From positions 75,206,001-75,270,000 of the forward strand of contig OX597830.1 in the NCBI GenBank assembly GCA_951406725.2: DNA of 64,000 bases. Reading direction: 5' to 3'. This DNA is from Octopus vulgaris. Its lineage: Eukaryota. Position numbers and translations under genes: made by a program. Every line of letters starts with the position of its first letter. Position 1 is the first letter of the stretch. The notes beneath the pieces were generated by a model. That model did not search any database and was not told where the DNA came from. It was given only the letters and a program-made list of their open reading frames with translations. Shown piece after piece: positions 41,262-54,355 of this stretch.

Positions 41262-41567
41262 TGTGTGTGTGTGTGTGTGTGTGCAATCTTTCATTTTTGT
41301 ATGCGTCTCAGGTCAAAGGTTGTGGTCTTTCTATATTTGCAGTTTGGTTTAGAGACGTCACCTATTTCTACTTGCTTCATTTTTTTTCCTCTTCGTGTTG
41401 GTCTTTCATGTCCACTCATTTATTACCCCATCAGCTTATGTTGATGAAACCGCTAAATTGAACAATATAAACGTAGATGTCGATAGTATGGTAACGTTTG
41501 GACGATAAGAGATGATGAGGAGAGGATATATATGTGTACCCTATGTGTTTTTCTCTGTGCCAGATAT

Positions 41568-42626
41568 GTTAGTTAGTTAGTTAGTTAATTTGGCTCAAAA
41601 ACAAATAGCAAGGCCATGTAGGGGGACATGGAGTTAAGTACAGGGTGGTGTTCATGTAAAGAGTTCAGGCCACTTGAGGTCCAGGGAGGCTTTGAACAAA
41701 GCGGTCGTCGGCATCTTCACCATCTCGTCTGGCAGCTTGTTCCACGGATCCGCAACCCGGACGGAGAAAGCTCCTCTCCTTCGATTGAGATGAAATCGTC
41801 GCAGGTAGAGCTTTTCGGAATGACCCCGCAGCCGACGCTCCGGAGCAGGAGTGAAGAACAGCTCTTTCGAGAGGTTACACTTCCCGCTTATGATGTTGTG
41901 GGCGAGAATGAGATCACCACGGCGGCGGCGTTTTTCAAGAGAATAAAGGTCGAACGTCCTCAGCCTTTCTTCGTAGGACAAATTTTTGAGACCATGAACC
42001 ATGTGGGTAGCCAGCCTCTGGACTCTTTCGAGATGCTGTATGTCTTTGAGGAGATAAGGAGAAGAGGCTTGAATCCCATACTCCAATATGGGTCTCACCA
42101 GCGTGACATAGAGTGGTAGGAATATGGCTGCTGTGAGCATTCCGAATGACCGTCGAATCAAAAACAGAATTCCGCGCGCTTTGTTGGCAGCATGGACGCA
42201 CTGGGCCGAAGGCGAAAAGGAGGAATCCACCAAGATACCCAGGTCCTTTACCTGATCGGTCCTCTCCAGCAGCAGACGACCCGGCTCGAAATCAAGTTGA
42301 GTTGCAGGAGTAGAGCCGACAGGCAGATGACAGCACTTTGACACGTTCAGACACAGGTCCCAATCGTTAGACCACTTCCAAATTTGGTGGAGGCATTGAC
42401 GAAGATCCTCTATACTACCGCGAGGAGCGACCAGTTTGATATCGTCGGCAAATAGAAGGGTGTGTTGCGTGAGGTCGTCGGGCAAGTCATTTATGAAGAC
42501 TAAGAACAACAAGGGCCCAAGCACTGAACCTTGAGGCACGCCACTGCTCGCACTGGAGACGTCGGACCGCGAACCATTAACTTGAACTTGGAAGGAGCGA
42601 TCTGAGAGGAAGGCACCAACCCATCG
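41568..42626 (-). mobile_element. 5'-truncated CR1-clade LINE (RT C-terminal ORF2, short 3' UTR, (CTAA)n tail)
   Basis: Uninterrupted frame from 42626 to 41652: WVGAFLSDRSFQVQVNG..SGVPQGSVLGPLLFLVFINDL..LFADDIK..KDLGI..LYVTLVRPILEYG..LERVQR.AT..LSYEERL..LYSLEKRRRRGDLI..FSVRVADPWNKLP. The tail appears as (TTAG)n on the plus strand at ~41568-41587. Confidence 0.93.
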
Positions 42627-42831
42627 TACAATATATACATACGTACCTACTTACGTACACACGTATGTATGTATGTATGTATGTATGTATGTATGTATGT
42701 ATGTATGTATGTATGTATGTATGTATGTATGTGTGTGTGTGTGTATGTGTGTATGTATGTATGTTTGAATGTTTGCATACATGATAACACTTCCAATCAG
42801 TTAACACCAAAAGACGTGAGAGCACTGCTAC

Positions 42832-42878
<47 letters not shown>

Positions 42879-42888
42879 GTTGTTGTTT

Positions 42889-42923
<35 letters not shown>

Positions 42924-43144
42924 ATTGTTATTGTTGTTGTTGTTGTTGCTGCTGCTGTTGCTGTTGTTGATGTTCTAATTACTGCTACTGCACCTACCGC
43001 TGCTACTACTACTGCTACTACTACTACAACAGTTGGTGGTGGTCGTGGTAGTGTTCGTAGTTGTGTTCGTAGTAGTAGTAGTAGTAGTAATAGTAGTAGT
43101 AGCAGTAGTTGTTGTAGTAGTAGTAGTAGTTCTAGTAATAATAA

Positions 43145-43189
<45 letters not shown>

Positions 43190-43249
43190 AAGTAGTAGTA
43201 GTAGTAGTAGTAGTATATTTAATGTCATTGTTCATCACCATCACTGATT

Positions 43250-43478
43250 TCTTTATTGCCCACAAAGTGGCTAAAAATAGAGGGAACAAACAAGGACAGA
43301 CATGGGTATTAAGTCGATTATATCGACCCCAGTGCGTAACTGGTACTTAATTTATCGATCCCGAAAGGATGAAAGGCAAAGTCGACCTCGGCGGAATTTG
43401 AACTCACAACGTAACGACAGACGAAATACCACTAAGCATTTCGCCCGGCATGCTAATGTATCTGCCATCTCGCCGCCT
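43250..43478 (-). mobile_element. SINE family 2 copy
   Basis: GTCGATTATATCGACCCCAGTGCGTAACTGGTACTTAATTTATCGATCCCGAAAGGATGAAAGGCAAAGTCGACCTCGGCGGAATTTGAACTC...CTCGCCGCC. Confidence 0.85.
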
Positions 43479-43980
43479 TCATTAATACCATCACCACAAC
43501 CACCATTCTACACGTACTTCCTCTCCACCTCCTCCTAATCATCATCATCATCATCTTCAACGGCAGAAATAACTACAGCATCTGCTTGTTACACATTCAA
43601 GCTGATTAAAAGCGAAAGCAATTGTTTCAATACGGAAAAAAAAATTACCGCCAAAACTGTTTTTCAGATCAGATATATTCGATATATATATATTTTTAGT
43701 GTAGGTATGTGGAGGAAACTATTGGTTGCATATACATGCGTATATGTGTGCGTGTGCGTATGTATACGTACAGGTCTATGAATGCATGCATGCACTTGTG
43801 TGAGTATGTTTCTGCGAATGAATGTATGCGTGCGCGTATTTGTGTGCATGTAATATGTCGGAAACCTTTTATTTATAACTGCCGCTATTCTCACGCCCAC
43901 AATGGATTCTCAAACGTATAGACACATACATATACACTTTCATACACACACACGCACACATGTACACACATACGTACGAA

Positions 43981-44055
<75 letters not shown>

Positions 44056-44344
44056 CCCTCTTCCCCTATATCTTCCACCTTCAATAGTTACCTATGTCAA
44101 TACATTGACACACTTCTGCCCTTTGCTCTTTCACAAAAGATATAACACATATATTATACAACGCCCCACTCCCGCTACATACACTGTACACTCCGTCCAA
44201 CATCTCATTGTACACTAAAAACTAACGCTATTTTACTTACAAGCACAATGCAATCCAACTCCATACATGTGTGGGTGAGTGTGCGGATGTTTGTACATGC
44301 GTATACATATTTATGTGTACACGTGCTGACATAAGTAAATGCAT

Positions 44345-44935
44345 GCATAAGGCTGTGTGGCAAGAAGCTTTCTTCCAAACCACACGGTTCCGGGTTCGGT
44401 GCCACTGCGTGGTAAATGTTCTCTAACTATAGCCACGAGCTGACCAAAACCTTGTGTGTGTGTGTGATTTTGTGTTTGTGTGTGTGTCTGTGTATATGTG
44501 TGTATATGATTTTGTGTCTGTGTTTGCGTCCCCATCACAAAGATCTTGGAGAACCGATGTTGGTACGTTTACGTCTGCGCAATACAGCGGTTCGGCAATA
44601 AGACTGTATCAGGACATTTACCTCCTGGTACGATTACCCGCAATAGGACAATTTTCCCCCGATGATAACTACCCCCTAGAACAATCACTCACTTCCCTCT
44701 TGGTTAATTGCCCCCTCTCCAATATATTAAGAAGTTTAAAATCATTATCTGTTGTCCTCAGGTGTATTTGTCCCTGGTGGGTTATTGTCCATGAGAGTTA
44801 AATGTCCTAGGCTCAATAAGACACCGATAGAGTAAGTACCAGGCTTACAAAGAATAAGCCCCAGGATCGATTATTAAGACAGTGCTCCAGCATGGCTGCA
44901 GTCAAACGACTAAATGTAGCAAAAGAGTAAAAAAG
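44345..44935 (+). mobile_element. SINE family 1 copy interrupted by a MITE
   Basis: Head GGCTGTGTGGCAAGAAGCTT..CCGGGTTCGGTGCCACTGCG. The tail resumes after 44822 (CCGATAGAGTAAGTACCAGGCTTACAAAG..GTGCTCCAGCATGGCTGCAGTC). Confidence 0.8.
44605..44813. mobile_element. MULE-like MITE with a 9-bp TSD
   Basis: Direct repeat CAATAAGAC at 44596-44604 and 44814-44822. Subterminal inverted repeat AGGACATTTA/TAAATGTCCT, with internal GGACAATT..CCCC and GGG..ATTGTCC sub-repeats. Confidence 0.7.
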
Positions 44936-44994
44936 TACAGTTGTCCCTCGTTGGCAACGGATGTTAATCTACTCCCAAACACAATTTTACATTC

Positions 44995-45330
44995 CTTTAC
45001 TTGTTTCAGTCATTTGACTGCGGTCATGCTGCAGCAAGGCCTCTAGTTGAAAAATCGACCCCAGGTCTCATTCTTTGTAAGCCTAGTACTTATTCTATCG
45101 GTCATTTATGCCGAACCGCTATGCTACAGGGACGTAAACACATCAACATCGGTTGTCGAGCGATGGCGGGGCAACAAGCAGAGACACACAAACACACACA
45201 CACATATACATATATATGTATATATATTTTTCAGTCTCCATCTACCAAATTCACTCACAAGGCTTTGGTCGGCCCGAGACTATAGTAGAAGACAACTATC
45301 GAAAGTGCCACGCAGTGGAATTGAATCCGG
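44995..45330 (-). mobile_element. SINE family 1 copy
   Basis: Matches the family consensus; the head is truncated at the (GATA)n tract. Confidence 0.8.
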
Positions 45331-45342
45331 AAGAGAGAGCTG

Positions 45343-45432
<90 letters not shown>

Positions 45433-45433
<1 letters not shown>

Positions 45434-46206
45434 GACGTAACCGGTAATTCCCGGGAAAGCGGGGCTTATCCCTTGATTCCGCTCTCATAATTGTTTCACT
45501 AATCCACTAACAACAATACAAAGTATGTAGCACTTAAAACGGTATTTGTGCATTTACAGAAAATACCGAACTGTCTTACACAGGATCTTGTTTTTAGGAA
45601 TAAGTTATGAATACCCACATTGTGAAGTAAGTTATGTAAAATTAGTTACGTGATAGTAGCATTCAAATAAAGTAGCCTCGAAAAGGGCTTTAATGTGTTA
45701 CCAGAGTATATAGAACTTAGGAGGAAATACTAATAAGTTATGTATACTAAAATCGTGAAGCATGTTACGTAATAACAGGCTAATCAGATATGGGATAATA
45801 ACAATTCAAAGTCAATAACTCTGAAAATGACTTTGTGTGTTCCAAGAGACTATTACACACAGCGGTGTGAATAAGACACTAACCGAAATAAGGAGATCTA
45901 TTGTTTAGGAAAATACAATATACTTGCTTAAGAGTTGTACTGGATAAATTCCGAAAATAAGTCTAACAGTTCAAATACTAAGAAATAAACATACTCAATT
46001 TGATTTATACCAAATTATTCAGGAAAATGATGGGTCATTTCCCTTGGGTGTAAAAAGAAAATATATTAGATATATAAAAATCATCCCTTCCAGGGTCCCT
46101 ATTATCGATTTTTTTCAAAAATCTGAGTATACCATGAGGTTTCCGGACATTAATTCTACTCACGTGTCAAGCTTAATCAAAATCGATGAAACGATGTAAG
46201 ATGAGT
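45433..46206 (+). mobile_element. Possible non-autonomous Helitron-like element with an internal degenerate duplication
   Basis: Starts TAACCGGTAATTCCCGGG. The 3' part GTGTCAAGCTTAATCAAAATCGATGAAACG resembles motifs of invertebrate non-autonomous Helitrons (from recall). An AATAAGTTATG..GTGAAG..ATTCAAA..GAAAA..CTTT..GTGTT unit occurs twice. Confidence 0.3.
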
Positions 46207-46538
46207 TAGTACTTATTCTATCGGTACCGTTTGCGAAACCGCTTAGCTACGGGAGCATACACCAGAATCGATTGTTAAGTAATGACAGGGGTGGGGACAA
46301 ACACACAAATAAACAAAAACACACACATAAACAGAAACACAGACAAACACACACACACACGAATATATACATATATACACCGGGCTTCTTCCAGTTTCCG
46401 TCTATCAAATCTTCTCAAAGCGTTGGCTGGCCACAGGTTTTATTAGAAGACATTAGCCCAATCTGACACGAAGTGGGACTGGACCCAGAACCATGTGGTT
46501 GGGAAGCAAGCTTCTTACCACACAGCCATGCCTGCGCT
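46207..46538 (-). mobile_element. SINE family 1 copy
   Basis: TAGTACTTATTCTATCGG...GTGGGACTGGACCCAGAACCATGTGGTTGGGAAGCAAGCTTCTTACCACACAGCCATGCCTGCG. Confidence 0.8.
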
Positions 46539-46550
46539 TATATATAAGCG

Positions 46551-46612
46551 TTCCCATGCCGGACCTGAATCTAGCCCACGTGGGTGAAAGCCATGAATCC
46601 TAACCATTATAT
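46551..46612 (-). pseudogene. 5'-truncated tRNA-Glu(TTC)-like pseudogene
   Basis: Minus strand TGGTTAGGATTCATGGCTTTCACCCACGTGGGCTAGATTCAGGTCCGGCATGGGAA aligns with tRNA-Glu(UUC); the T-loop is degenerate. Confidence 0.6.
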
Positions 46613-46798
46613 GCGTGTGTGTGTGTTTGTATGTATATATATATAGCCGAAACTGCAAAGATAATCTGGAACAGACAAAAGAAAACTCCTAATGACCCGT
46701 CCTTGATTTTTCTTGTCCCTTTTTGTATCATCTAACTGTCTGGATGTTTTGTTATCGTCTGTTGCGTTCTTTGTATTTTTTGTATTCTCTTATATATG

Positions 46799-46849
<51 letters not shown>

Positions 46850-46870
46850 TATACATATATATGTGTGTGT

Positions 46871-46920
<50 letters not shown>

Positions 46921-47067
46921 GCTAATACCTATAGCAGGTTAACAATACTATTTAGATCAGTGAAGAACCCCCGGTATTATTACGACAGGGCCCATGGTTA
47001 TTGTTCATCATACTTCCATGTAAATCCATGGACGTGCTCCAGATAAACTGCTTTATATTGAGAGTGA

Positions 47068-47526
47068 TATATAAAACAAGTTAATGGTCATTACATATTT
47101 TTTTCTTTATGGGAGAAAATTTGGCCTATAGATGTTTTCAGTAATCATTATATGTTCATAGCTGATAGGTTTACTCAATTGGTTTATTGATCAGTTGAGA
47201 AAAGTCGAACGACTTAAAAGAATTAATGCTACTTTCGTCAGAGCCATTTCTGATTATATAACAAAGCTGAACACTGCCTTTTTTCCTCCCTCTCTCAGGC
47301 ACTCGCTATTCCTTTGTGCCCTGCTTTGTTATAACTAGAAACTGGCTCTGACGAAAGTAGCATTAATTGTTTTAAGTCGTTCGTTTTTTTCGTAACTGTT
47401 CAATACACCAATTTAGTAAACTTATCAGTAATGTAACTTTAATGACTAACGGAAACAGCTGTAAGCCACATTTGCTCCAATAAAGGAAAATTATGTAATG
47501 ACCACTATTTTAACTTGATTTATATA
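47068..47526. mobile_element. Foldback / long-TIR MITE-like element
   Basis: ~205-bp imperfect inverted arms (47068-47267 versus ~47323-47526) around a ~55-nt spacer, with TA-rich flanks. Confidence 0.75.
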
Positions 47527-47553
47527 CATGTGTATACATATATATAAATATAC

Positions 47554-47637
<84 letters not shown>

Positions 47638-47669
47638 ATGTGTGTGTGTGTGTGCATATATAATAATAT

Positions 47670-47705
<36 letters not shown>

Positions 47706-47877
47706 TATGGGTAAAAGACGTTCCCAACGGTAATCGACATGAAATACGAAAACAAATTAGTTAAATACGCAAATAACGTGAGAAAAATAGACAAGTAATA
47801 CAACGAATGACCCTTCATCAATTGTCGGATGTCTATCTACTTCTCATTATAAATATATATATATGTATGTATATTTA

Positions 47878-47928
<51 letters not shown>

Positions 47929-49640
47929 ATATATATATATCTATCAATGTATATATATATATATATATATTCATTATATGATTGATACATACACAAGATT
48001 TAGCACATACTCGGGAAACGAGAAAAAATTTAACCAGAAAGATAAAATTCGTTGCTTCAAACACTCTGCAAATATATACAATTGGTAGCGTGCTTAAGAC
48101 GTTCAATGCCTGATGGCGTGGATTCTAGTTCAATTTCATTGCGCGGTACGTTGAGTAAGGCATGTGTGCTGTATCCTTCGACCGAGCATTGAATTTAGAG
48201 GACCGAAAATGTGAGTCCGTAGAAATTGTTTGTATATGTGTGTTTCTAAATGTGCATGCGTGCGTGCATGTATGTGTGTATTAATATGTGTGCCCGTGTG
48301 TATGTATATGTTTGTGTATAACTTTCACTACCGTTGCTAGAAGATGCACCTCTAACTTAGTGGTTCGAGAAAAAGAGACACTTGGAATATGCACTTAAAC
48401 GAAAAATAATTTATGGGTGATGTTCCAGTATAGCCACAGACCACCATCCGAAACAATCAATAGAAAACATGCATAAAGATACACAGAAATACATATTTTG
48501 GAAATGTAAACACACAGAAAAACACACCTACACATACATACAATCATACTTACACAAAACATGCATATGCCCATATATATAGTGTTAAAAGCGCAAAACA
48601 TTAGTATACAGACACAATAGTCTGGTGCTGGTATACACACACACACACACACACACACATACACACAGCATGTACATACAAACATACACTACATAACTAG
48701 TAAGCTCCCAAACCATAGCTATAAAAATGCAATCACTAACTTGCCTATAGATATACATCCACATACACATGAAAACATGCACATATATGTACACATAAGC
48801 ATATATATATACACATAGATGCATGAATGTGTATATACATATATATATATATATATACACACGCCTGTGTGTGCGCATATAACTACATGTGTGTGTACAT
48901 ATATATATGTATGTATATATGCATGTAACTGCTTGTATATTTGTATACACATGCATAAATGCATGTGTGTGTTTGTGTGTGGGTGTATACATACAAACAT
49001 CATCTTCATACATAGACTTACAAACATACGTCCAAGCATAGACGCATGCATGAGGACATATGTAAACTTACACAGTAACACAAGCATACACACATACATA
49101 TATACATTCATATGCATACGTACACACACATATACATACAAAAAACATACATATAAGCATACATACAAATTCATACATATATATAAATATATATATATAT
49201 ACATATGCATAAAGACATACATACATACATGCATACATACATACATACATACATACATACATACATACATACACACATACACACATACATGTATACATAC
49301 ATACATACATACATACGTGCATATGGCTGTGCATACACTCATATACATACCATCTTTAGAACTTTGGAAATCTGCAGATCTTGCTTGCTTTACGCTAGTC
49401 TTCTGTAACTAAGTTTAAATTGAATGCTATTACCGTTCCCCCTACCTCTGTTTGTATATATACATGTTTATATACATATACATGTTCATACATACATATA
49501 TATATAAACACATATATATGTATGTTTATAAGTCTTGTATTTTTGCATGCATATGTGTATATATTTCTTTGCTCGTATGTGTGTATATATATTTGTATAT
49601 GGAAATTATGTTTCTATGTGTATATCTGTGTCTGCGTGTG

Positions 49641-49675
<35 letters not shown>

Positions 49676-51044
49676 ATATATGTATGCGTGTGTTTGTGTG
49701 TGTATATGTCTTTCTTACTCTTTCAGTTTTTCTCTTTCTCTCTCATTCTCTCTTGTTTTTTCCTCTTTCACTTTCTTCCTCTGTCTCTTTCCTCAACTCC
49801 AACCATCACCACCACCACCACCTCCACCACCACAACCACCACCTCTCCACCACCACCAAGAACAACAACAACCACCACCCGAAAACCCATCCTCACCCAT
49901 TTCACCGCTTGCCAGCAACCCAACCACGACCAACTCCCACATCTAGTGTCATGTAAATGACCCGTTGACGAGCAGTCGCTATGCTTCAGTGACTCCAGCC
50001 TAGAACGGTGGGAATAATAAAATCAAAAAAAGCAGCGACGGCTATGAAAAATCTCTGGTGTAAAAGGGTCTACATCAAAGGGACGCCGTCAGGCTCCTTC
50101 CCCTCCTTCCACGCCACATGCACACACACACACACTATCACACTACAACCACTTTCCTTTCTTCTCTCTTTCCTTTCTATCTGGCTTTCTTTCTCATCAA
50201 GCCTCTTTCCTATCAATCTTACTCTTTCAATCTTACTCTCTGTTTCTATCTATCTATCTGTCTGTTTGTCTTTCTATCTATCTACATATCTTTCTCTTCT
50301 CCTCTTTTTCTCATTCTCTCACTCACTCACTCACTCACTCGTATACGCACTCTATCTCCTCAATCGATATTTGATCGATGTATTCCACCGATTTCCTCCG
50401 CTCGGAGAAGCAGAGAAATTAAAAGGTATGTGAGGGAGTTAAAAAGAAAAAAGAAAAGAAAAAAAAAGAACAAAAAAAAAAACGAAAAGAAAAAAAATAA
50501 TGAAAAATAAAGAAAAAAATAATAATAATAATAATGAACGATGACTGAAAAAAAAAGATATAATAACGAAAAACTGGAAAACAAAAAAACAAACAAGACA
50601 GAAACACAGATAGGGGAACCCTCCTCCAACTATCCCCCACCGTGACCATCACCATCAGAAAAAGAGAAGAAAAGTTAAGGAAACGAAAGTAAAGAAAAAC
50701 TAAAAGAAAAAAGCAGCCATGTTATACGTCTATATATATATACATACATATACATCATATACGTACACAAATTTATATATATCTATATATATATATGTGT
50801 ATATATATAAACATATAGGTGTATGTATGTATGTGTATATATATACATATATATAGATATGTATGGAATGTATGTATATGGATATGGATATGTATATATA
50901 TAAGCTGACTAAGATATCCGTCTCCATCTTTTTCTTTCCTTCTTGTTCATATTGTTGTTGTCGTTGTTATTGTTGGCATTACTAATGATGCTGCTGTTGT
51001 TTTCGTTATGGCTATCGTCGTTGTTCTCCAAGTATTGCTATCAT

Positions 51045-51105
<61 letters not shown>

Positions 51106-51185
51106 GTATTCATCATTAAATTCATCACCATAATTCTCATCATCAGCAGCAGCGTCGTCATTAGAATCAGCTTTTACTAATACCA

Positions 51186-51242
<57 letters not shown>

Positions 51243-52267
51243 TACTACTATTACTTCTAGTAGTAGTAGTAGTAATATCCTTAATATCACTATTATTACT
51301 GTTATTATTATTAATAATACTATTAATAATAGCAGTCACTTTTGTTTTGTTTAATATTTTTTTTGTCCTTCTTAGACATATTACATTTTTTTCGTTTGTG
51401 TTTGTTGTTATATGCGCGCGCGTGTGTCTGCATATACATAGGTGTGTTTGTGTGTATGTGTATACGTAAGTGTGTATGCGTGTGTGCAATTTACTTTTAC
51501 TTTATTTTACATTTTTATGTTATTTTATTACTTTTGTTGTTAGCTTCAGTTCTTCGCTTCCATATTTTTTTTATTTGCTTCTCTTGTCATGTTTTTAATT
51601 TTGTTTTGTTTGTTGTTTTTTTTTTTTGTGTTTTTGTTGTTGTTTTTCGGGATATTTCTTTTTGATTTGGGGAATTTTTTGCCCACTTTAATATATTATT
51701 TTTATTATTTTTTATCCTCTTTCTATCTTTCATTTCCTTCAAACTCTATCGTTTGGGTGGATTGTTGTTTATATTTTTTTATTCCCTTCCTTCACCTTCT
51801 CAATACTTCTTTCCCTTGCATACCGTATTTTCTTTCTTTTTTCTTTTTTTCTTCTTTCATTTGCTCACTATTTTTCCTCCAATCCCATTTCCTTCAGCAT
51901 TCTTTGTTTTGATTTCCTTCATTTGATACCTCGCTCTTTCCCACCCCTCTTTCTCTCTTTCTCACTCTGTTCCACTCTTTCCTCATTCTCACCCTCCTCT
52001 TCACTCCGATTACATTTAGTCTGATCACTTACGTTCATTCGATTCTCTTTTTCGATCTCATCACTTATACATTTCTGTGTTAGATTTCATTCACCATCCT
52101 TATTTTCGTTGGACTACTGAAAAGAACCTTACTTTGCTTTCGTAAAATTTTTCTTTCTTCATCTTTCATCTTCTAGGGCTACCCTCATCTTCATTCACAT
52201 TTGATTATCATCCTTATTCTTTACTAATTTTCATTCCTATATACATACAAACATACATTATATGTAT

Positions 52268-52328
<61 letters not shown>

Positions 52329-52700
52329 AGAAGAATTTCAATACGGCTTCATGGTATGAACAGGATTTATTACAAATCACTACAGTTGTTTCGGTGCATC
52401 AGTATCAGGTGGTAAATGCATTATGTTGCATATATTATACACATTATTGCATTAATATCGTACAATAGTTGTATACATGCACGTCGTCAGGTGCATCGAT
52501 CCAAAGCACTGCTACATACACTTCAGTTTCTCATTGTTTTATCCCCTCCCACATGATTTATAGAATCGATATGATAGCATTATTGCTCTCTTCTATGTGG
52601 TCATGCTTATTATATGATTTGTTGCCCATACATTGTTGAAACAATTGTAAACCATGGAATAAATGTAATTTAGATAACTGCATTCTTCACTTGTTTCATA

Positions 52701-53959
52701 CAGGGGGAAATCAAAAAATTATCCGCACTTCCACCAGTACTGTTTGTTCGCCGCACTGCCTTCACTGCTCGCGTGATAAAAGGTGCTGCTTTTTTGGTTA
52801 CGTAACCGAGATTTTACTGATTGCTTCAGTTTCCTTTATTGTGTTAACGAGTGAACAAGGCCTTTCCGTTTTCGGTGTGCCCCAGGGAAGGCCAGAAGTC
52901 CGTGATCCGATTTCTCTGGTCTTGTAACGAGTAAACTTCTGAAATTCATCGTAGGCTTTCAGTACAATGTGGGGACAGCTCTCGGTCTCGCAGAAGTGTG
53001 TATGGGTGAAATGAGGAGTTCAAAAAAGGCCGGAGAAGCGTTAAGCAGGAAAAGAGAGTAAAACACCCACCTATCGTTTCACCACTGACGTAAGGATTCA
53101 ACAAGCTGTAGTTCTGGTGAACAGACGAGTGACCATCGATGAAGCGGTATGTTTTCTGTAAATTTCTGCTCATTAGTCGTGGTTCTACATACGAAATCAT
53201 CCGCGACGTACTTCGCTTCGATAAAGTCTGTCCGAGGAGGTTGCAAAGAAAGCTTACCGAAGCGCATAAACACAGTTGTGTGATCTGTCAATGCTTACTT
53301 GACAGCTACAACGGTAAAGGCGCAGCTTTTTGAAGAGAATAGTCACAGGAGATGAGATCTGGGTCCATCACTGTTACCCAGAATCTAAAACCCAGTGTAC
53401 GGAGTGGAAACATGGACTCGCCAGCAAAATAGAAATTCATGACACAGCCTTCCTCAGAAAAAAATATGCTGACCGTCTTTTGAGATGCAAAAGGAGCTAT
53501 ACTGGAAAATTATCTAGTAAAGGGGTCTACAGTCACAGTGAAATGCTGGCCAACAGAAACCAGCAATTCGCACTAAACGTCGAGGTCTATTGAAAAATCA
53601 CACGCGGCATCCCACGGTGTTGAAATCACTGAAAAATTGAGTTTCGAGTTGGATTGGAACACACTACCTACAGTCCAGATCTACTAAATTTTGAATATCA
53701 CTTCTTTTGGCCGATCAACCATTATTTACGATGTTGTAAATTTACTACGATCAAAGACGTTCACGAAGCGGTGCATGAATCGCTGCGTAGCCTGTCGAAT
53801 ACCTTCCCTGATGAAATAGGCAAGCTTGTGGACCGCTGGAAGAAGCACATCGAAAAGCGAGGATACTATGTAGAATAATGATGCAATTGTTCGACCCCTG
53901 CTTTTGTTGTTTGATAAATTACAGCAACGAAAGTGCGAAACAGTTTTGACTTGGCCTTG
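52701..53959 (+). mobile_element. Full-length decayed mariner (Tc1/mariner) transposon
   Basis: 1259 bp flanked by TA on both sides. Degenerate TIRs CAGGGGGAAATCAAAAAATTATCCGCACTT and AAGTGCGAAACAGTTTTGACTTGGCCTTG. Transposase motifs RIVTGDEIWVHH.YPESK, HTTYSPDL..EYHFFWP and [20 protein letters not shown] are split by frameshifts. Confidence 0.92.
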
Positions 53960-53977
53960 TATATGTATAAATATACG

Positions 53978-54046
<69 letters not shown>

Positions 54047-54084
54047 TTATTTATCTATATATATATATATAGTTATATATATAC

Positions 54085-54167
<83 letters not shown>

Positions 54168-54174
54168 TACATAG

Positions 54175-54355
54175 GCACGGGCAAAGGACTTCTGCACCGT
54201 TTCCGCCTACCAAACTCTCTTGAAGCACTTTGGCTATCCATCCAATGTTCATAATAGAAGACACTTGACTGATGTGAGGAGCAACGAATCCGAAAAAGAA
54301 AAAACAAAAACTACGTATTTTAGAAGCGAACTTCCTCACCAGAAACCAATGGCTG
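54175..54355 (-). mobile_element. Degenerate SINE family 1 fragment
   Basis: GTTTCCGCCTACCAAACTC..CACTTTGG..ATAATAGAAGACACTTG. Confidence 0.5.

Noticed and set aside
41628-42119. 163-aa plus-strand ORF
   Set aside because: It is the antisense shadow of the CR1 reverse transcriptase frame.
47341-47365. CTGACGA in the foldback arm as a hammerhead core
   Set aside because: No stem II followed by GAAA and NUH in the required arrangement.
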